Counted from the stretch's first letter, positions 50,113-61,534 are shown. The stretch: DNA of 64,000 bases from an uncultured Nitrososphaerota archaeon (GCA_963799845.1 CAWCYI010000004.1:416001-480000), one strand, 5' to 3'. The notes: a model not told the origin generated them from the letters alone. Numbers and translations are program-made.

Positions 50113-50742
50113 TTACGCTAGATTTCCCGACTCTTCTATCCTCTTTCTCAAGCCCAATTTCACTTCCGGCCATTCTTCCTTGGTTATCGAATACACCATC
50201 GTGTCGCGGATGGATCCATCCGATCTGAACCTGTGGTTTCTGAGCCTACCTTCAAATTTAGCCCCCAATTTCAAAATTGCTCGCTGCGAGTGAATGTTGT
50301 TATCGTCTGTCTTTAGTTGGACCCGAACTGCCCCCCAGTCCTCGAAGGCATGTTTCAAAAGCAGAAATTTACACTCCGGGTTGACGACGGTGCCTCGCAC
50401 TCTTGGAGAGTACCACGTCCATCCTATCTCGGTTCCCTTCTGCTTCGGCTGAGTGTCCATGTACCTCGTACTCCCAATTATCTTGTTAGTAGTCAGATCC
50501 CGGACGACGAAGGCGAATTCTTCGCCCCTTGCCTGAGCTGCTAGTGTCGCTTCGATCCACGATTCAACTGATTCCAGACCGTCGAGTTTTACCGACATCC
50601 AAGCCCAGTCAGAACCCTTTCCAGCTTCAACAATGTCAGGAGCAAATTGGTGAGAGATCGGCTCGAGCCTCGCGTACTTCCCTTGCAAAGTAATTGGTCC
50701 GAGCTTCTTACTTGCAATATCCATTTCCAATTTTTCATCCAT
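50113..50742 (-). CDS. GNAT (RimJ/RimL-type) N-acetyltransferase
   Basis: EIGWTW, RVQLKTD..NIHSQRAI.KLGAKFEG and RDT..YSI. Confidence 0.92.
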   Translation of the reverse strand: MDEKLEMDIASKKLGPITLQGKYARLEPISHQFAPDIVEAGKGSDWAWMSVKLDGLESVESWIEATLAAQARGEEFAFVVRDLTTNKIIGSTRYMDTQPKQKGTEIGWTWYSPRVRGTVVNPECKFLLLKHAFEDWGAVRVQLKTDDNNIHSQRAILKLGAKFEGRLRNHRFRSDGSIRDTMVYSITKEEWPEVKLGLRKRIEESGNLA

Positions 50743-50767
50743 GGAGGACTAGGCAACAAAACGGAAA

Positions 50768-51232
50768 TTACATCCCGGAATGTTTTGTTTTCTTGTAAAA
50801 CATTCCCGACGCCATGTCAAGTCCCTCTATGCCGAAGCTCCAAGAGACTTTCGGTGTAATCTTGAGATATTTCCCAGGACCGAACTGCCCGTCGTGATCT
50901 TCAGCTTCAGCAGTGCCGTTTACCTTGATGCATCTCGGTCTCCAGGGATCCACCGACTGGAGATCGTCGATTGTAAGCGAAACTTTCTTGTTTCCATCTT
51001 TGACATTCCTGTACTTGTGGCTTCTCACGAAAATGTCCTGGCTGTGACTTCCGACCCAAAAGTTCTGTCCGTCGAATTCTAGCCCGACCGGGACTACATC
51101 CGGCTGGCCACCTTTCGACACGGTTCCTATTCTAAGTAGTTCCTGAGATTTTATGTAATTTACTTCGGGCTCTGAAAACAACTTTCCTTCCTCTAAGCAG
51201 AATTTGATCCATAGGATATAATGATTCCACAC
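50768..51232 (-). CDS. PPOX-class (pyridoxamine 5'-phosphate oxidase-like) putative F420/flavin-binding protein; start probably about 51180
   Basis: RIGTVSKGGQPDVVPV, KYRNV, DDLQSVDPWRPR and ITPKVSWSFG. Confidence 0.85.
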   Translation of the reverse strand: MWNHYILWIKFCLEEGKLFSEPEVNYIKSQELLRIGTVSKGGQPDVVPVGLEFDGQNFWVGSHSQDIFVRSHKYRNVKDGNKKVSLTIDDLQSVDPWRPRCIKVNGTAEAEDHDGQFGPGKYLKITPKVSWSFGIEGLDMASGMFYKKTKHSGM

Positions 51233-51301
51233 TTGTCATGAATTCAAATGAGCACGAAATCCGGCTGTAATTGATATCGCTCTCTTTGATAAGTTCGAGC
51301 A

Positions 51302-51370
51302 CTACTATTAATATGGTAGTAAATGGGGATTTGGAGAAATGCTTTAGTAGTTCTACTATAGCGATAGTAG
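51302..51370. promoter_or_regulatory. two palindromic operators CTACTAT-N4-AT(A/G)GTAG (51302-51319 and 51353-51370)
   Basis: The second copy is a perfect 7-bp inverted repeat; both lie between the divergent PPOX and wHTH genes. Confidence 0.6.
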
Positions 51371-51406
51371 TTGTCAAACACTCGTAGCGAAGTTTACAGT
51401 GGGAAT

Positions 51407-51826
51407 ATGAGCGAAAACAGAAACGGCGACGAAGAATTCCGTCGGCTTCTCTGGTTTCTTTTGGGAGGGAGCAGAGGCGGAGAAAACAGAGTGCGGATCT
51501 TGAATGCGATAAGGACAAGACCGAATAACCTGAATCAACTTTCGAAGTTGCTCGGAATAGACTACCGATCGGTCCAGCACCACATGGGGGTGCTCCTCAA
51601 GAATTCGCTTGTAATTGGCTCGGGCGAAAAGTATGGGGTGGTGTTTTCTATCCATCCGTGGCTAGAATATCATAGCGCAACTTTTGAGCAGGTCTGTCAG
51701 AAGCTCGGATATCCAGTTAATGCACCCAACACGTCTCCATTGAAAGCTAGGAAGCACGCAAGTCGAAAAGTTGGTGCAACTGTCATGCGGCAAATTTTAC
51801 CGGCAAGTGACGGACTCCACCTATAG
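51407..51826 (+). CDS. ArsR-like winged-helix transcriptional regulator
   Basis: LLWFLLGGSRGGENRVRIL...NLNQLS...DYRSVQHH...KYG. Confidence 0.85.
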   Translation: MSENRNGDEEFRRLLWFLLGGSRGGENRVRILNAIRTRPNNLNQLSKLLGIDYRSVQHHMGVLLKNSLVIGSGEKYGVVFSIHPWLEYHSATFEQVCQKLGYPVNAPNTSPLKARKHASRKVGATVMRQILPASDGLHL

Positions 51827-52986
51827 CGACGTTCCTGATCGGAGTTCAGCTCATCATCCTTAACTTTCAGTTCGACCTTGGTGTATCTTTCCGCCAGCAG
51901 CTCGATTGCGACTCTTGATTCCAGCCGTGCGAGCGGAGCTCCGAGGCACATGTGGATTCCGTGTCCGAACGCGATGTGGGGGTTTGGTTTTCGCTCGATG
52001 TCAAAATTCCCTGGGTTGTTGAATTTCGAACCATCTCTATTTGCAGCGCCGATCCAGGCCATCAACGAATTCCCCGCTTTCACCTGCTTTCCCGATAATT
52101 CCGTGTCCTTAATCGCAATCCGGAACATGCCGCGAACCGGAGAGCTGAAACGAAGCACTTCTTCAACTGCACTCGGGATGAGGGACTGTTTCTCATTGAG
52201 CTTTTCGAGGGACCGATAGCGAGCGAAAAGGCGGATCGCGTTTCCCAGAAGATTTGTCGTTGTCTCGTTTCCCGCGATCAGAAGAAGGATGCAAAAGCTC
52301 ACGGCTTCGCTCTCTGTGAGGCGCTGTCCGTCGACTTCGGAAGTGACTATCGACGAGATCAGGTCGGAGCGAGGACTTTTCTTGCGTTGCTCTATTATTT
52401 TTGAAAAGTATCTCTCGAGTTCGATGTGGGTTCTCCTGCGAGCCTCGGGGCTTTCTTCAGAGGAGCCGATTTCGTTGTCGGACCATTTCTTGAACCGCCT
52501 GCGGTCTTCGCCGGGAATTCCCAACATCTCGGCGATCACAGTGACAGGTAGTGGATCGGAAAAGTCCGTTACAAAATCAGTCTTGGAGACATCCAAGCCG
52601 TTCAGTAATCCGGAAGCTATCTCACGGATTCTCGGCTCAAGCAGTGAAATCGACGCCGGAGTGAATGACTTTGAGACGATGTTCCTCAGCTTGGTGTGAA
52701 AAGGAGGGTCCGTCGTAAGCATGCTTCCCATGATGTTCGCCTCTTCGGAATCTCCCGACGAGGATAATCCGTCGTATCCGCCAAATTCGGAAGAGAATGT
52801 ACTAAACTGGGTCAGGACGCGTTCGACATTATTGTAGCTAAAGACGTTCCAAGTTCCGCTTCCGCGCTCCAAAAAGATCGGCATCGAGCGAAGCATGAAC
52901 TCGTACCAGGGAGACGCGTCAAGGAACCAATCATCAGTGCCAAATTTGGGAACCTCGGACTCTTGCATAGTTACTCTCGACTGCAA
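51783..52986 (-). CDS. cytochrome P450 (C-terminal frameshift near 51845)
   Basis: DPPFH, AGNETT, EVLR and FGHGIHMCLG; the alternative frame gives the typical end GGVRHLPVKFAA* at 51783. Confidence 0.93.
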
Positions 52987-53049
52987 AGCTGCGTATATTG
53001 AAATCGCTTACTCGCCACGCTTAAGAAATACAAGTCCTACCAATAATCC

Positions 53050-53632
53050 ATGAGAACAATTGAATTTATTTTCGATTTTTCCAGTCCAAATTGTTACGTC
53101 GCGCTGGCGAAAATGGACGGATCAAGAAAAGGAAGGAAATTGAGGTCGTTTATTCTCCAATATTTCTAGGCGGACTACTCAAGTCAACAAACGACGCGCC
53201 TATCCCGCTTGGGACTCTCGAGTTCAATTACATGGAGAGAAATCTGCAACGGTTGTCGCGGAAATTGGGAATAGGGTTCCATTTTTCCCACGAACGGTTT
53301 CCTGTGAATTCGCTAAAATCAATACGTGGATATTACTCTGCGAAGAGTCTAGGCAAGGATCATGACTATCTTCATCGATTGTTTCGAGCATGCTGGGCGG
53401 ATAACCTCGACATTGCAGATGAGGCGACACTAAAGGTAATCGTCGAGTTACTTGAGCTTGATTATGATTTGTACGATGAGTTTACAAACAAAAATGATAC
53501 CAAGCAAAGACTTAGGGCGGATACTCAAAAAGCGTTCGAGCGAGGCGCGTTTGGGGCGCCGACGTTTTTCCTTGATGGCGACATGTACTTGGGAGCCCGG
53601 AAGTCCTCTGGTACCTAGAAACAACGCTCTAA
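53050..53632 (+). CDS. DsbA-like 2-hydroxychromene-2-carboxylate isomerase / kappa-GST family protein (frameshifts near 53120 and 53590)
   Basis: ATG 53050 gives MRTIEFIFDFSSPNCY; downstream PIFLGGL, FPVNSL and GAFGAPTF. Confidence 0.82.
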
Positions 53633-53633
53633 A

Positions 53634-53990
53634 TTACTTTGGGGGCCGCAGCGACGAAGTGACGACAGCTGCAAGCCCGGATGCGAGAAACGCGATCAGT
53701 ATCGTAATCCCAAGGGGAGCCACGAATCCGCCCGGAAGTCCTATGATTGCTCCGACGAGAGACGCGTTTGCAATCCTGGTAGCTGTGTCAGACAAGAAGA
53801 TTGGAATTACCGCACCGAGGGCCCCAGACAGACCGAAGTAAGCCAGGTTCGACCACCTGCTCTTCAGGAGAAAGCCCAGAAGTGCAGAAGGAGCGAAGAC
53901 GTAGTACCATAGCCCCACGTAAGACAGCGCGAAACTTGCAACAAGGTCGATGACCACAAGAGCATAGAGTCTCTCGGTTATCCGCATCAT
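53634..53990 (-). CDS. small 4-TM membrane protein
   Basis: Hydrophobic; its start overlaps the acylase stop. Confidence 0.75.
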   Translation of the reverse strand: MMRITERLYALVVIDLVASFALSYVGLWYYVFAPSALLGFLLKSRWSNLAYFGLSGALGAVIPIFLSDTATRIANASLVGAIIGLPGGFVAPLGITILIAFLASGLAAVVTSSLRPPK

Positions 53991-56554
53991 GGCGAGGAAC
54001 TGCCTCCGGGATACAGATAGTAGAAGACGCTCGGAAGACTGCTAGGGATCAACGTGTAATAGATTCCATCATTCCAGTCAGAGACGGTGTTCGAGTAGTA
54101 TTGCGTTAGGGAATTTTCGCTGAGACCGCCAGGGTAAATCCCGAACGATGAAGTGATCGGCTGACTCATGTCCGTAACCTGCCGCCAGCTCGGCCCGGTT
54201 GTCGAGTTCAGGCCGTAAGCTGCGTTCGGTGTATTGTCGTCTCCTTCGGCCGACAAGATCGGCCCGTCAAGAGCACCAAGCCCGAACAGACTGGGATCGT
54301 ACCTCATGTGAATCTCTCCCCACGCCCACGTACTCTCGGAATAATTCCCCCGGATAGACGAGAGTTGGTCTAGCGCCTCCCCGAATGCCTGCACCATCAG
54401 TATCGTTGCGTTCCGCTTTTCTCCGTTGGACGGATTGTTGAACCACTGAATCGTGGGATAGTTTACGGTCCAATTGGCGAGATCCTCAATCAGGGGCCCC
54501 TGGTCGATAGAACTCGATCCCACAAAGAAGCTCGTCCCGTAGAGTCCTTCATCCAGCGTGATGTTATAGTAACTCATGTACGGAACGAAAGTGTCGTTGA
54601 TGTATGAGTTGAGCCAAAAGTAGTAGACTGTTGCCGCAGAGGAGTTGATGTCCATGTTGCCATTCCATGAGGAAAGCGCCTGAAACTCGGCTGTAGAGCT
54701 GTAATTTGAGCCCTCCAGCGCCGTAATTAAAGGCTTGAGAAACATGTTAGACGAATAATCGTGGTCAGATAACTGCAGCAGCTCCATCGTAGAGACGTTC
54801 GGGTGCGCTGTCGAATTCAATGTCGAATATATCTGATCCGCGCGGTATCCCGATTCATAGTCCCATCCGATGTAGTATGGATAACTGGGCGACACCTGGA
54901 TCTGGTTTGCAGAGAAAACGAAACCGTTGGAAGGATTGTAGAGATGAGGCTGGTCTGCGATTGGAATCGAGCCGACCCAGTCGAAGCTGCCATTTCCAGG
55001 AAGGATCCCTCTCGGATTTCCTCTCTCGATAATCGGATAGTAGCCGTAGGTGAAAATCCCGATATTTCCCTCGCGATCTGCAACCGCCCAGTTCTGGATT
55101 CCGACCTGGAAATTGGTTAGGGCGTTTTGCGCCGAGGAGACATTTTGTGCGTAATCAAGCGAAAGCACCGCGGCGATTTCGTTGGTCGGATAGAGGCCCG
55201 TCCAGTCCATCGCAATTGTCCCGTTCCAGCCCGGAATTATCACGCCGTTTGCCGCTCGCTCTATCGACAGAATAACGGTCCTCGATCCTGCGACGGAAAT
55301 AGATTCGTTCAAGATGTCAAACTTTGTCCATGAGCCGTCGTGCATGTACTCGCTAGTGTCGGACGGGTTCAGGGTCTCGTAGTAAAAGTAGGTTGCCTGG
55401 ACATAAGAATCAGTGGAGCCCCAGGCGATGTAGGAGTTGTGTCCTAGGACTACTCCCGGAGCTCCCGGAAAAGAGACTCCGACAACATTCTCCCCTGGCC
55501 CCACGAGCTGGAAGCCAAGCCAGATTGGCGGGACCGTTATTGAAAGATGCGGATCGTTTGCGAGCAACGCACCACCTCCAGTCAAGTTCGAGCTTACAGC
55601 CCAGTCGTTGCTGCCCTTGTCGATGAATGATGGCAGCGAGTAGCGGATTGAGTCCAGCTCCGATAGGAGTGGGGAGAGAATGAGGTTTGCCTCTCGATTG
55701 TTCGAGATTGGGGTAATTGCAAATTTCGTTGTCTGATCGGGGGAGACATTCAGGTTCGGGATCGTCGGGGAGTAGAGCGAGAGATTTTGGAGGTTGCCGG
55801 TCCCTTCGTAGATCGTCGCATTAAGAGATGACGGCTCGACTGGATGCTGGACCGACCCGGGGTATGCTGGATAGAACGCGTTTATGACGTTTTGCGGCAT
55901 TTTTTCCAATGCGAAGTTGAACGAGAGAGGGTCAAACGAGGAGCTGAGTTGCCAGGTTAGCAACTGCTGGACGATGTAGGTGTCCTCCATCCTCCACGGA
56001 GCAGGAGAATATTGCAGTAGCTCGAAGAGCAATGGTAGCGTAGTCTTTGTCAGCGATGAAATGTAAAAGTTGACACCCGCGGTGTACTCGCTAACTGCAG
56101 TGTAGGCGAGGCTGGTTTTTGAGAGATTACCCACGATCTCCTGAGCAACCGGGTACATCTCAAGAGTTCTGTAGAACTCGTCGCTTCCGAGTGATGAAGA
56201 CCCCAGTATCGCGGAAAGGTTTCCCTCGGCGAGCCGTCGAGTGAAATCCATCTGGGTCAATCTGAACTTTGCTGTCAAGTACCCCTGTTCGTAGTAAAGG
56301 GCCCACGTTTCGTTTGAAGCGATCCGGATGAATCCGTTTGGGTCGATATCCGTCGCAACGCCTGCGGTCGAGCCATTTTGCGAGACTGAAAAGGAATTCT
56401 GTCCCGTTTCAACCGAGTTTGAATTAGGCGCCCAGATTCCGATCTGAGGGTTCAGTAAATTCGAAAGCGCTGGCAGCGCGCCGAGCGGCAACGCAGTCGC
56501 GCCGAGCAAAATTGCAAGTATGGCAAAAGAGACGACGAATCGGCGCCTGTACAA
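53987..56554 (-). CDS. penicillin acylase family (S45) Ntn-hydrolase, exported
   Basis: QGYLTAKFRLTQMD, KG|SNDWAV, LANDPHL, SANQ and PSWR; N-terminal TM/signal. Confidence 0.92.
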   Translation of the reverse strand: MYRRRFVVSFAILAILLGATALPLGALPALSNLLNPQIGIWAPNSNSVETGQNSFSVSQNGSTAGVATDIDPNGFIRIASNETWALYYEQGYLTAKFRLTQMDFTRRLAEGNLSAILGSSSLGSDEFYRTLEMYPVAQEIVGNLSKTSLAYTAVSEYTAGVNFYISSLTKTTLPLLFELLQYSPAPWRMEDTYIVQQLLTWQLSSSFDPLSFNFALEKMPQNVINAFYPAYPGSVQHPVEPSSLNATIYEGTGNLQNLSLYSPTIPNLNVSPDQTTKFAITPISNNREANLILSPLLSELDSIRYSLPSFIDKGSNDWAVSSNLTGGGALLANDPHLSITVPPIWLGFQLVGPGENVVGVSFPGAPGVVLGHNSYIAWGSTDSYVQATYFYYETLNPSDTSEYMHDGSWTKFDILNESISVAGSRTVILSIERAANGVIIPGWNGTIAMDWTGLYPTNEIAAVLSLDYAQNVSSAQNALTNFQVGIQNWAVADREGNIGIFTYGYYPIIERGNPRGILPGNGSFDWVGSIPIADQPHLYNPSNGFVFSANQIQVSPSYPYYIGWDYESGYRADQIYSTLNSTAHPNVSTMELLQLSDHDYSSNMFLKPLITALEGSNYSSTAEFQALSSWNGNMDINSSAATVYYFWLNSYINDTFVPYMSYYNITLDEGLYGTSFFVGSSSIDQGPLIEDLANWTVNYPTIQWFNNPSNGEKRNATILMVQAFGEALDQLSSIRGNYSESTWAWGEIHMRYDPSLFGLGALDGPILSAEGDDNTPNAAYGLNSTTGPSWRQVTDMSQPITSSFGIYPGGLSENSLTQYYSNTVSDWNDGIYYTLIPSSLPSVFYYLYPGGSSSP

Positions 56555-56587
56555 TTTAGTCGGATGGACAGTTCAGTCGTTCATTAT

Positions 56588-56773
56588 TTATTGGTTGAAT
56601 TCGAATGCTTCGAGAAAGCGAAATTTTAGATCGGGCAAATCCCAAGCTACGGCGTCTGGAATGCTTTCCTTCGTGGCGAATCGTTCCTCATCCCAGATGT
56701 CCTCCCTTTCGTTGTAACCATACATCTTCCAGTATCCGTCTTCGTAATCTGGCAGGAACTGAATTTCATTCAA
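56588..56773 (-). CDS. small acidic/aromatic hypothetical protein
   Basis: 61-aa ORF with protein-like composition, same strand as its neighbours. Confidence 0.4.
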   Translation of the reverse strand: MNEIQFLPDYEDGYWKMYGYNEREDIWDEERFATKESIPDAVAWDLPDLKFRFLEAFEFNQ

Positions 56774-56882
56774 CCACTCTGCGCCCGGTTCCTAAATTGG
56801 TTGCCACAAAAGCGCGTGGGTCTCGATTGCTAGCGGTAAGGTTACGCACTCCGAGAAATGGCCTCGCGCCTAGAAAATAGAG

Positions 56883-57236
56883 TCAATAGGCGGCAAACGT
56901 TTCAAGTTTTTTCAACTTTTTCGCAACCGGATCGATCTCGAAGCCAAGTCCTTCGAGTAAATAGACTCCCAGAACATAGGCATCGCCTCGCTCTGCGAAT
57001 ACAACTATCGAAGTGGCTCTCTCGCTGCCAACTTCTAACTCGGCTTCCCCGACACTTCTTGAGATCTCTCTGCCCTCTATCGTCTTGAACCTCCTTTTCT
57101 CAACTCTGGGTTCTATACCTAGTCGAACGAGCGAATCACTATCTATCCAAGTATATACCGATCCAGTATCCACTAGAAGATTGAAGGTCTCAGCCTTTCC
57201 ATCTCTGCCGTGAACCCGAACTTCTGCGAATGTCAA
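56883..57236 (-). CDS. clan AA (retropepsin-like) aspartyl protease
   Basis: LLVDTGS and VLGVYLLEGLG..IDP. Confidence 0.85.
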   Translation of the reverse strand: MTFAEVRVHGRDGKAETFNLLVDTGSVYTWIDSDSLVRLGIEPRVEKRRFKTIEGREISRSVGEAELEVGSERATSIVVFAERGDAYVLGVYLLEGLGFEIDPVAKKLKKLETFAAY

Positions 57237-57313
57237 ACGGGCTCAAAGAGAGATCTCGATACCGCGTTTAATAACTTGAATCATTAAAGGATAAAATCAT
57301 ATCAGGGAAACAA

Positions 57314-58793
57314 ATGCCAGCCAGCGAAAAAACTCAAGGGGATGAACCGAAAATCCTGGATATTCCAATCGGCATCATTGCCACAGGGATGCGAAAGGAA
57401 ACGGACTCACTTGGAGAAATCGAAGTCCCGGCAGATCATTACTGGGGCGCACAAACTCAGAGGTCTTTGATTCATTTTCCGATTGGAAACGACCGGATGC
57501 CAAAGGAAGTTTACCACGCATACGGCTACGTGAAAAAAGCTGCGGCGCTGGTCAACACTGCTGAGGGACTATTGCCGAAGTGGAAAGCAGATCTGATAGC
57601 CAAAGTCGCGGACGAGGTCATCTCAGGCAAACTGGACAGCGAGTTTCCACTTTATGTCTGGCAGACCGGTTCCGGTACCCAGTCTAACATGAACGTGAAC
57701 GAGGTGATAAGCAACCGGGCGATCCAGCTTGTTGGAGGAAAACTGGGCAGCAAGAAACCGATCCATCCTAACGACGACGTCAACATGAGTCAGTCCTCGA
57801 ATGACACGTTTCCTACGGCGATGCACATTGCGACTGTCTATGAATTTACTGATCGCCTAATTCCTGCTGTCACCGTGTTCAGGTCTGTCGTTCTAGCGAA
57901 AGCGCGCGAGTGGGTTGATATCGTGAAGATAGGCCGTACCCATTTGCAGGATGCGACCCCGTTGACTCTGGGTCAGGAGTGGTCCGGATATGCTTCACAG
58001 CTCGAAGATTCTTTGGTCTTGTTGAGGCAGGCTCTTCAGGGCCTTTACCGTCTTGCGATGGGTGGGACCGCCGTAGGGACGGGTATCAACTCACCTGAAG
58101 ATTTTGGCGAAAGATCCGCTGTCGAAATTTCTCGTCTCACCGGACATCCTTTCGTGACCGCCCAAAACAAGTTCGCCGCGATTGCCTCTCTCGACGCGAT
58201 GCTCGTTGCGAGTTCGACTTTGAAGAGCCTCGCGATCGTCATGATGAAAATGGCGAACGACCTTCGATGGCTGGGATCGGGACCGAGGGCGGGAATTCAT
58301 GAACTAATCCTGCCTGACAACGAACCGGGAAGCTCGATAATGCCGGGAAAAGTCAACCCGACACAGGAAGAAGCTTATGATCATGGTGTGCATACAGGTC
58401 ATCGGTGAGGACAATGCCGTTTCGTTCGCTGCATCTCAGGGAAACTTTGAGCTGAACACCATGCGGCCCATAATAATCAACAACGTGCTGCATAGCGCAA
58501 GAATTCTCGGGGACGCCATGACCAAGCTTCGAGAGTTCAGCATCGAGCGAATCGAACTCGATCGCGTAAGGATCGACAGGTACGTTCGAGAGTCGTTGAT
58601 GCTAGTTACGGCGTTGAGTCCGGTCATCGGGTACGACAAGGCTTCAGCTATATCCCATCGTGCGATGGTGGAAAATTTGACTCTTCGGGAAGCCGCTCTG
58701 AAGAGCGGTTACATTGGCGCTGAGGAATTCGATCGAATCGTTGATCCCCGGAAGATGGTGGGGAATCCTCACCGCGATGTTGGAATCAATTAG
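57314..58793 (+). CDS. fumC: fumarate hydratase class II, frameshift near 58376
   Basis: [27 protein letters not shown] and [11 protein letters not shown]; the second ORF has QGNFELN and LVTALSP. Confidence 0.93.
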
Positions 58794-58852
58794 TCTGCCT
58801 GAGACTTTCGTTGTGGGAAATCAATTAAAGCAGGGCTCTAGTTCAAACCCCC

Positions 58853-59173
58853 ATGCCAAAGTATCTGTTCTCAGTAAATTACACAGCAGATGGTATGAAA
58901 GGGGTCGCTAAAGAAGGAGGATCAAAACGTCGTGAAGCTGCGGATCAGGCCGTAAAGAGTGTAGGAGGAAAGATTGAGGCTTTCTACTACGCTTTTGGTG
59001 ATCACGATGTCTACATCATCGCCGAGTTACCAGACCATGCGAGTACGGCGGCGCTTGTTGCAACTGTAAACTCAAGCGGCACTACCATGATCAAGACTAC
59101 TCCCCTCCTCACTGTGGAAGAGATTGATCAAGCCGCCAAAAAGATGACGCAGTACCGACCTCCGGGCAGGTAA
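58853..59173 (+). CDS. GYD domain protein
   Basis: YT..G.KG, GGKIEAFYYAFGDHD and TTPLLT. Confidence 0.88.
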   Translation: MPKYLFSVNYTADGMKGVAKEGGSKRREAADQAVKSVGGKIEAFYYAFGDHDVYIIAELPDHASTAALVATVNSSGTTMIKTTPLLTVEEIDQAAKKMTQYRPPGR

Positions 59174-59293
59174 GCACAACATCTCCTTCTGGGTACGTCG
59201 CCCAAAGCTCTCAATTGAGAGCTAATAACAAACCAGAGGCCTCCTATTCATAAATAGTAATCCAGTTACGGGAGAACGTAGGTAAGCGACGAT

Positions 59294-59509
59294 ATGGCAA
59301 CTTGTCAATCTAGCGAGGGCTGCACAAACAGAGCGACGCACTGGGTATTGATAGAGTACAGCTGGCCCATATTGCCGAAGGAGATGCGAACGTATTTGCT
59401 ATGCAAAGAGCACTTGGCGCATGCTCAGAGAGCTGCAACGACCCAGATGTCAAAATATCCGGAAACTGGCATCAGAATAGTAGAGCACGGGGCACTAGCG
59501 ATCAACTGA
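59294..59509 (+). CDS. small Cys/His (putative Zn-binding) hypothetical protein
   Basis: C-x5-C ... H ... C-x2-H pattern; AT-rich upstream region. Confidence 0.55.
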   Translation: MATCQSSEGCTNRATHWVLIEYSWPILPKEMRTYLLCKEHLAHAQRAATTQMSKYPETGIRIVEHGALAIN

Positions 59510-59757
59510 ATTGGGCAACTCTCCAATCCTAAATAGTTGAATGCAGCCCAACCACACACCTAATAATCGCGGAACTCGTTATTTTCCTGCGCATTGAACT
59601 CTGATTATTCGAACGAAGTAGCCTGCTCGTCATTAGACAATCGGCAATAAGACCGGCTACCTTAGTTTTCATCTATCCGCTACAAGCGAATAGATTTTTG
59701 CCGCGGAGCTTTATTTGCGAACAATCTCGAGCGAGATTCAGGGCTTCTGCGAGATGT

Positions 59758-61419
59758 CTAGTCGCCCATGCCGCCGTAGCCGCCCATTCCACCTGGTGGA
59801 GGGCCGGCCGGGCCTTTTGACTTGCCTGAAGACAGGACATCGTCCACGCGCAGTATCATGCTGGAAGCTTCGGTTGCTGCCCTAATTATCTCCTCTTTCA
59901 CTGCGAGTGGTTCAACGACTTCATCCATCATGTCTGCCACCTTTCCCGAGCGCGCATTGATGCCGAACCAAATCTTGCCCTGAGCGTGCTTTGCTCTTAG
60001 CTCGACTTGGACGTCGATTGTCTCCATCCCTGCGTTCTCCGCAAGCGTCAGGGGGATCGATTCGAGAGCATCGGCGTACTTCAACACAGCCAGTTGTTCC
60101 CTTCCTGGAAGCTTCGTAGCATAATCTCTCAACCTCGATGCGACTTCGGCTTCCGGAGCTCCTCCACCGGCAACAATCGCGGGTTCTTCCAAAACATCCT
60201 TCACGACCATGACCGCGTCGTGGAGACTTCTTTCTGCCTCATCCACGACTCGTTGCGATCCGCCGCGGACGAGTATCGTCACTGCTTTGGGGTTCTTGCA
60301 TCCTTCGATGAATACCCACTTGTCATTTTCCACTTTTCTCTCCTCCACGAGCTTCGCGAATCCTAGGTCCTTCACGGACAGATCATCAAGATTTGTTACA
60401 GTTCTCGCACCGGTAGCTTTCGCAAGGCGGGTCATGTCGCTCTCTTTGGCTCTTCTGACCGTCAGTATCCCCTTCTTTGCGAGCAAACTCTGAGCGATAT
60501 CGTCAATCCCCTTCTGGCAGATGAGGACGTTAGCACCCGAGGATTCTATCTTTTCAACCATCGATTCGAGCATTGTATTTTCTTCGTCAAGAAAGCCCTG
60601 CATCTGTTTGGGCGTGTTGATTCTGATCTCGGCCGAGAATTCCGTCTTTTCAATTTCGAGCGGCGAAAGAATCAGGGCGATCTTCGCATTCTCAATCCTC
60701 TTCGGCATGCCAGGGTGGACTACTTCCTTGTCCAGGATGATGCCCTTGATCAATCTCGTATCGCTGGACGAACCGCCGGCCTTCTTCTCTACTTTGATAT
60801 TGTCAATGTCAACCTTGTAAGTGCCGTCGTCATTTTTCTCAGCAACCAGCAGCATTCCATCGACCACGACGGAAGCGAGCTCCTTACCGATGTCGGAGAC
60901 CAGTTTTGTCTGCATGCTAGTTTCTGCTATCCGCTCGAGAGTTTTCCTGTCATCTGGCTGTACTTTCACGGCTATCTCCTTCAGGATTTCAAGCGCTTTT
61001 TCTTCAGCTTTAGAATAACCGTCAACGATAACCGTCGGGTGGACGTCCTTCTTGATCAGTTCTTCCGCGTTTTCAAGCAGTGCACCTGCGAGTACTACCG
61101 CGGAGGTGGTACCGTCCCCAACTTCACTGTCGGTTGTCTTTGAGATTTCGACCAGCATTTTCGCGGCCGGATGCTGCACGTCAATCTCTTTGAGAATCGT
61201 TGCCCCGTCATTTGTGATCGTGACGTCGCCCAAACTGTCAACGAGCATCTTGTCCATGCCTCTTGGACCAAGGCTCGACTTTACAATCTCGGCGATCAAC
61301 TTCGCCGCGAAGATGTTGTTGGTCTGGGCGTCTCGACCCTTTGTTTGAGACGAACCCTCCTTCAAAATTAAGACCTGTTGACCTGAAGACGTAGTAGCTG
61401 GAGTAAGAGTTGCAGACAT
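59758..61419 (-). CDS. ths: thermosome (group II chaperonin) subunit
   Basis: [31 protein letters not shown] and a GGM tail. Confidence 0.96.
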   Translation of the reverse strand: MSATLTPATTSSGQQVLILKEGSSQTKGRDAQTNNIFAAKLIAEIVKSSLGPRGMDKMLVDSLGDVTITNDGATILKEIDVQHPAAKMLVEISKTTDSEVGDGTTSAVVLAGALLENAEELIKKDVHPTVIVDGYSKAEEKALEILKEIAVKVQPDDRKTLERIAETSMQTKLVSDIGKELASVVVDGMLLVAEKNDDGTYKVDIDNIKVEKKAGGSSSDTRLIKGIILDKEVVHPGMPKRIENAKIALILSPLEIEKTEFSAEIRINTPKQMQGFLDEENTMLESMVEKIESSGANVLICQKGIDDIAQSLLAKKGILTVRRAKESDMTRLAKATGARTVTNLDDLSVKDLGFAKLVEERKVENDKWVFIEGCKNPKAVTILVRGGSQRVVDEAERSLHDAVMVVKDVLEEPAIVAGGGAPEAEVASRLRDYATKLPGREQLAVLKYADALESIPLTLAENAGMETIDVQVELRAKHAQGKIWFGINARSGKVADMMDEVVEPLAVKEEIIRAATEASSMILRVDDVLSSGKSKGPAGPPPGGMGGYGGMGD

Positions 61420-61449
61420 TTGATAACACTGTACAACAGAGCCGCCGGC

Positions 61450-61457
61450 TTAAAAAG
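61450..61457 (-). promoter_or_regulatory. TATA box of the thermosome gene
   Basis: CTTTTTAA on the minus strand about 30 nt upstream of the ATG, consistent with a near-leaderless transcript. Confidence 0.55.
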
Positions 61458-61534
61458 CGAACTACAGGACGGAGCTTTTTGGACTGGTAATTCGGTCGGA
61501 AGACTCACTGGAAAGTCATCCCGCTGTCATTTCT

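Noticed and set aside
51697-51826. 130-nt convergent overlap between the P450 and the ArsR-like gene
   Set aside because: Largely an artefact of the P450 C-terminal frameshift; the corrected stop is at 51783
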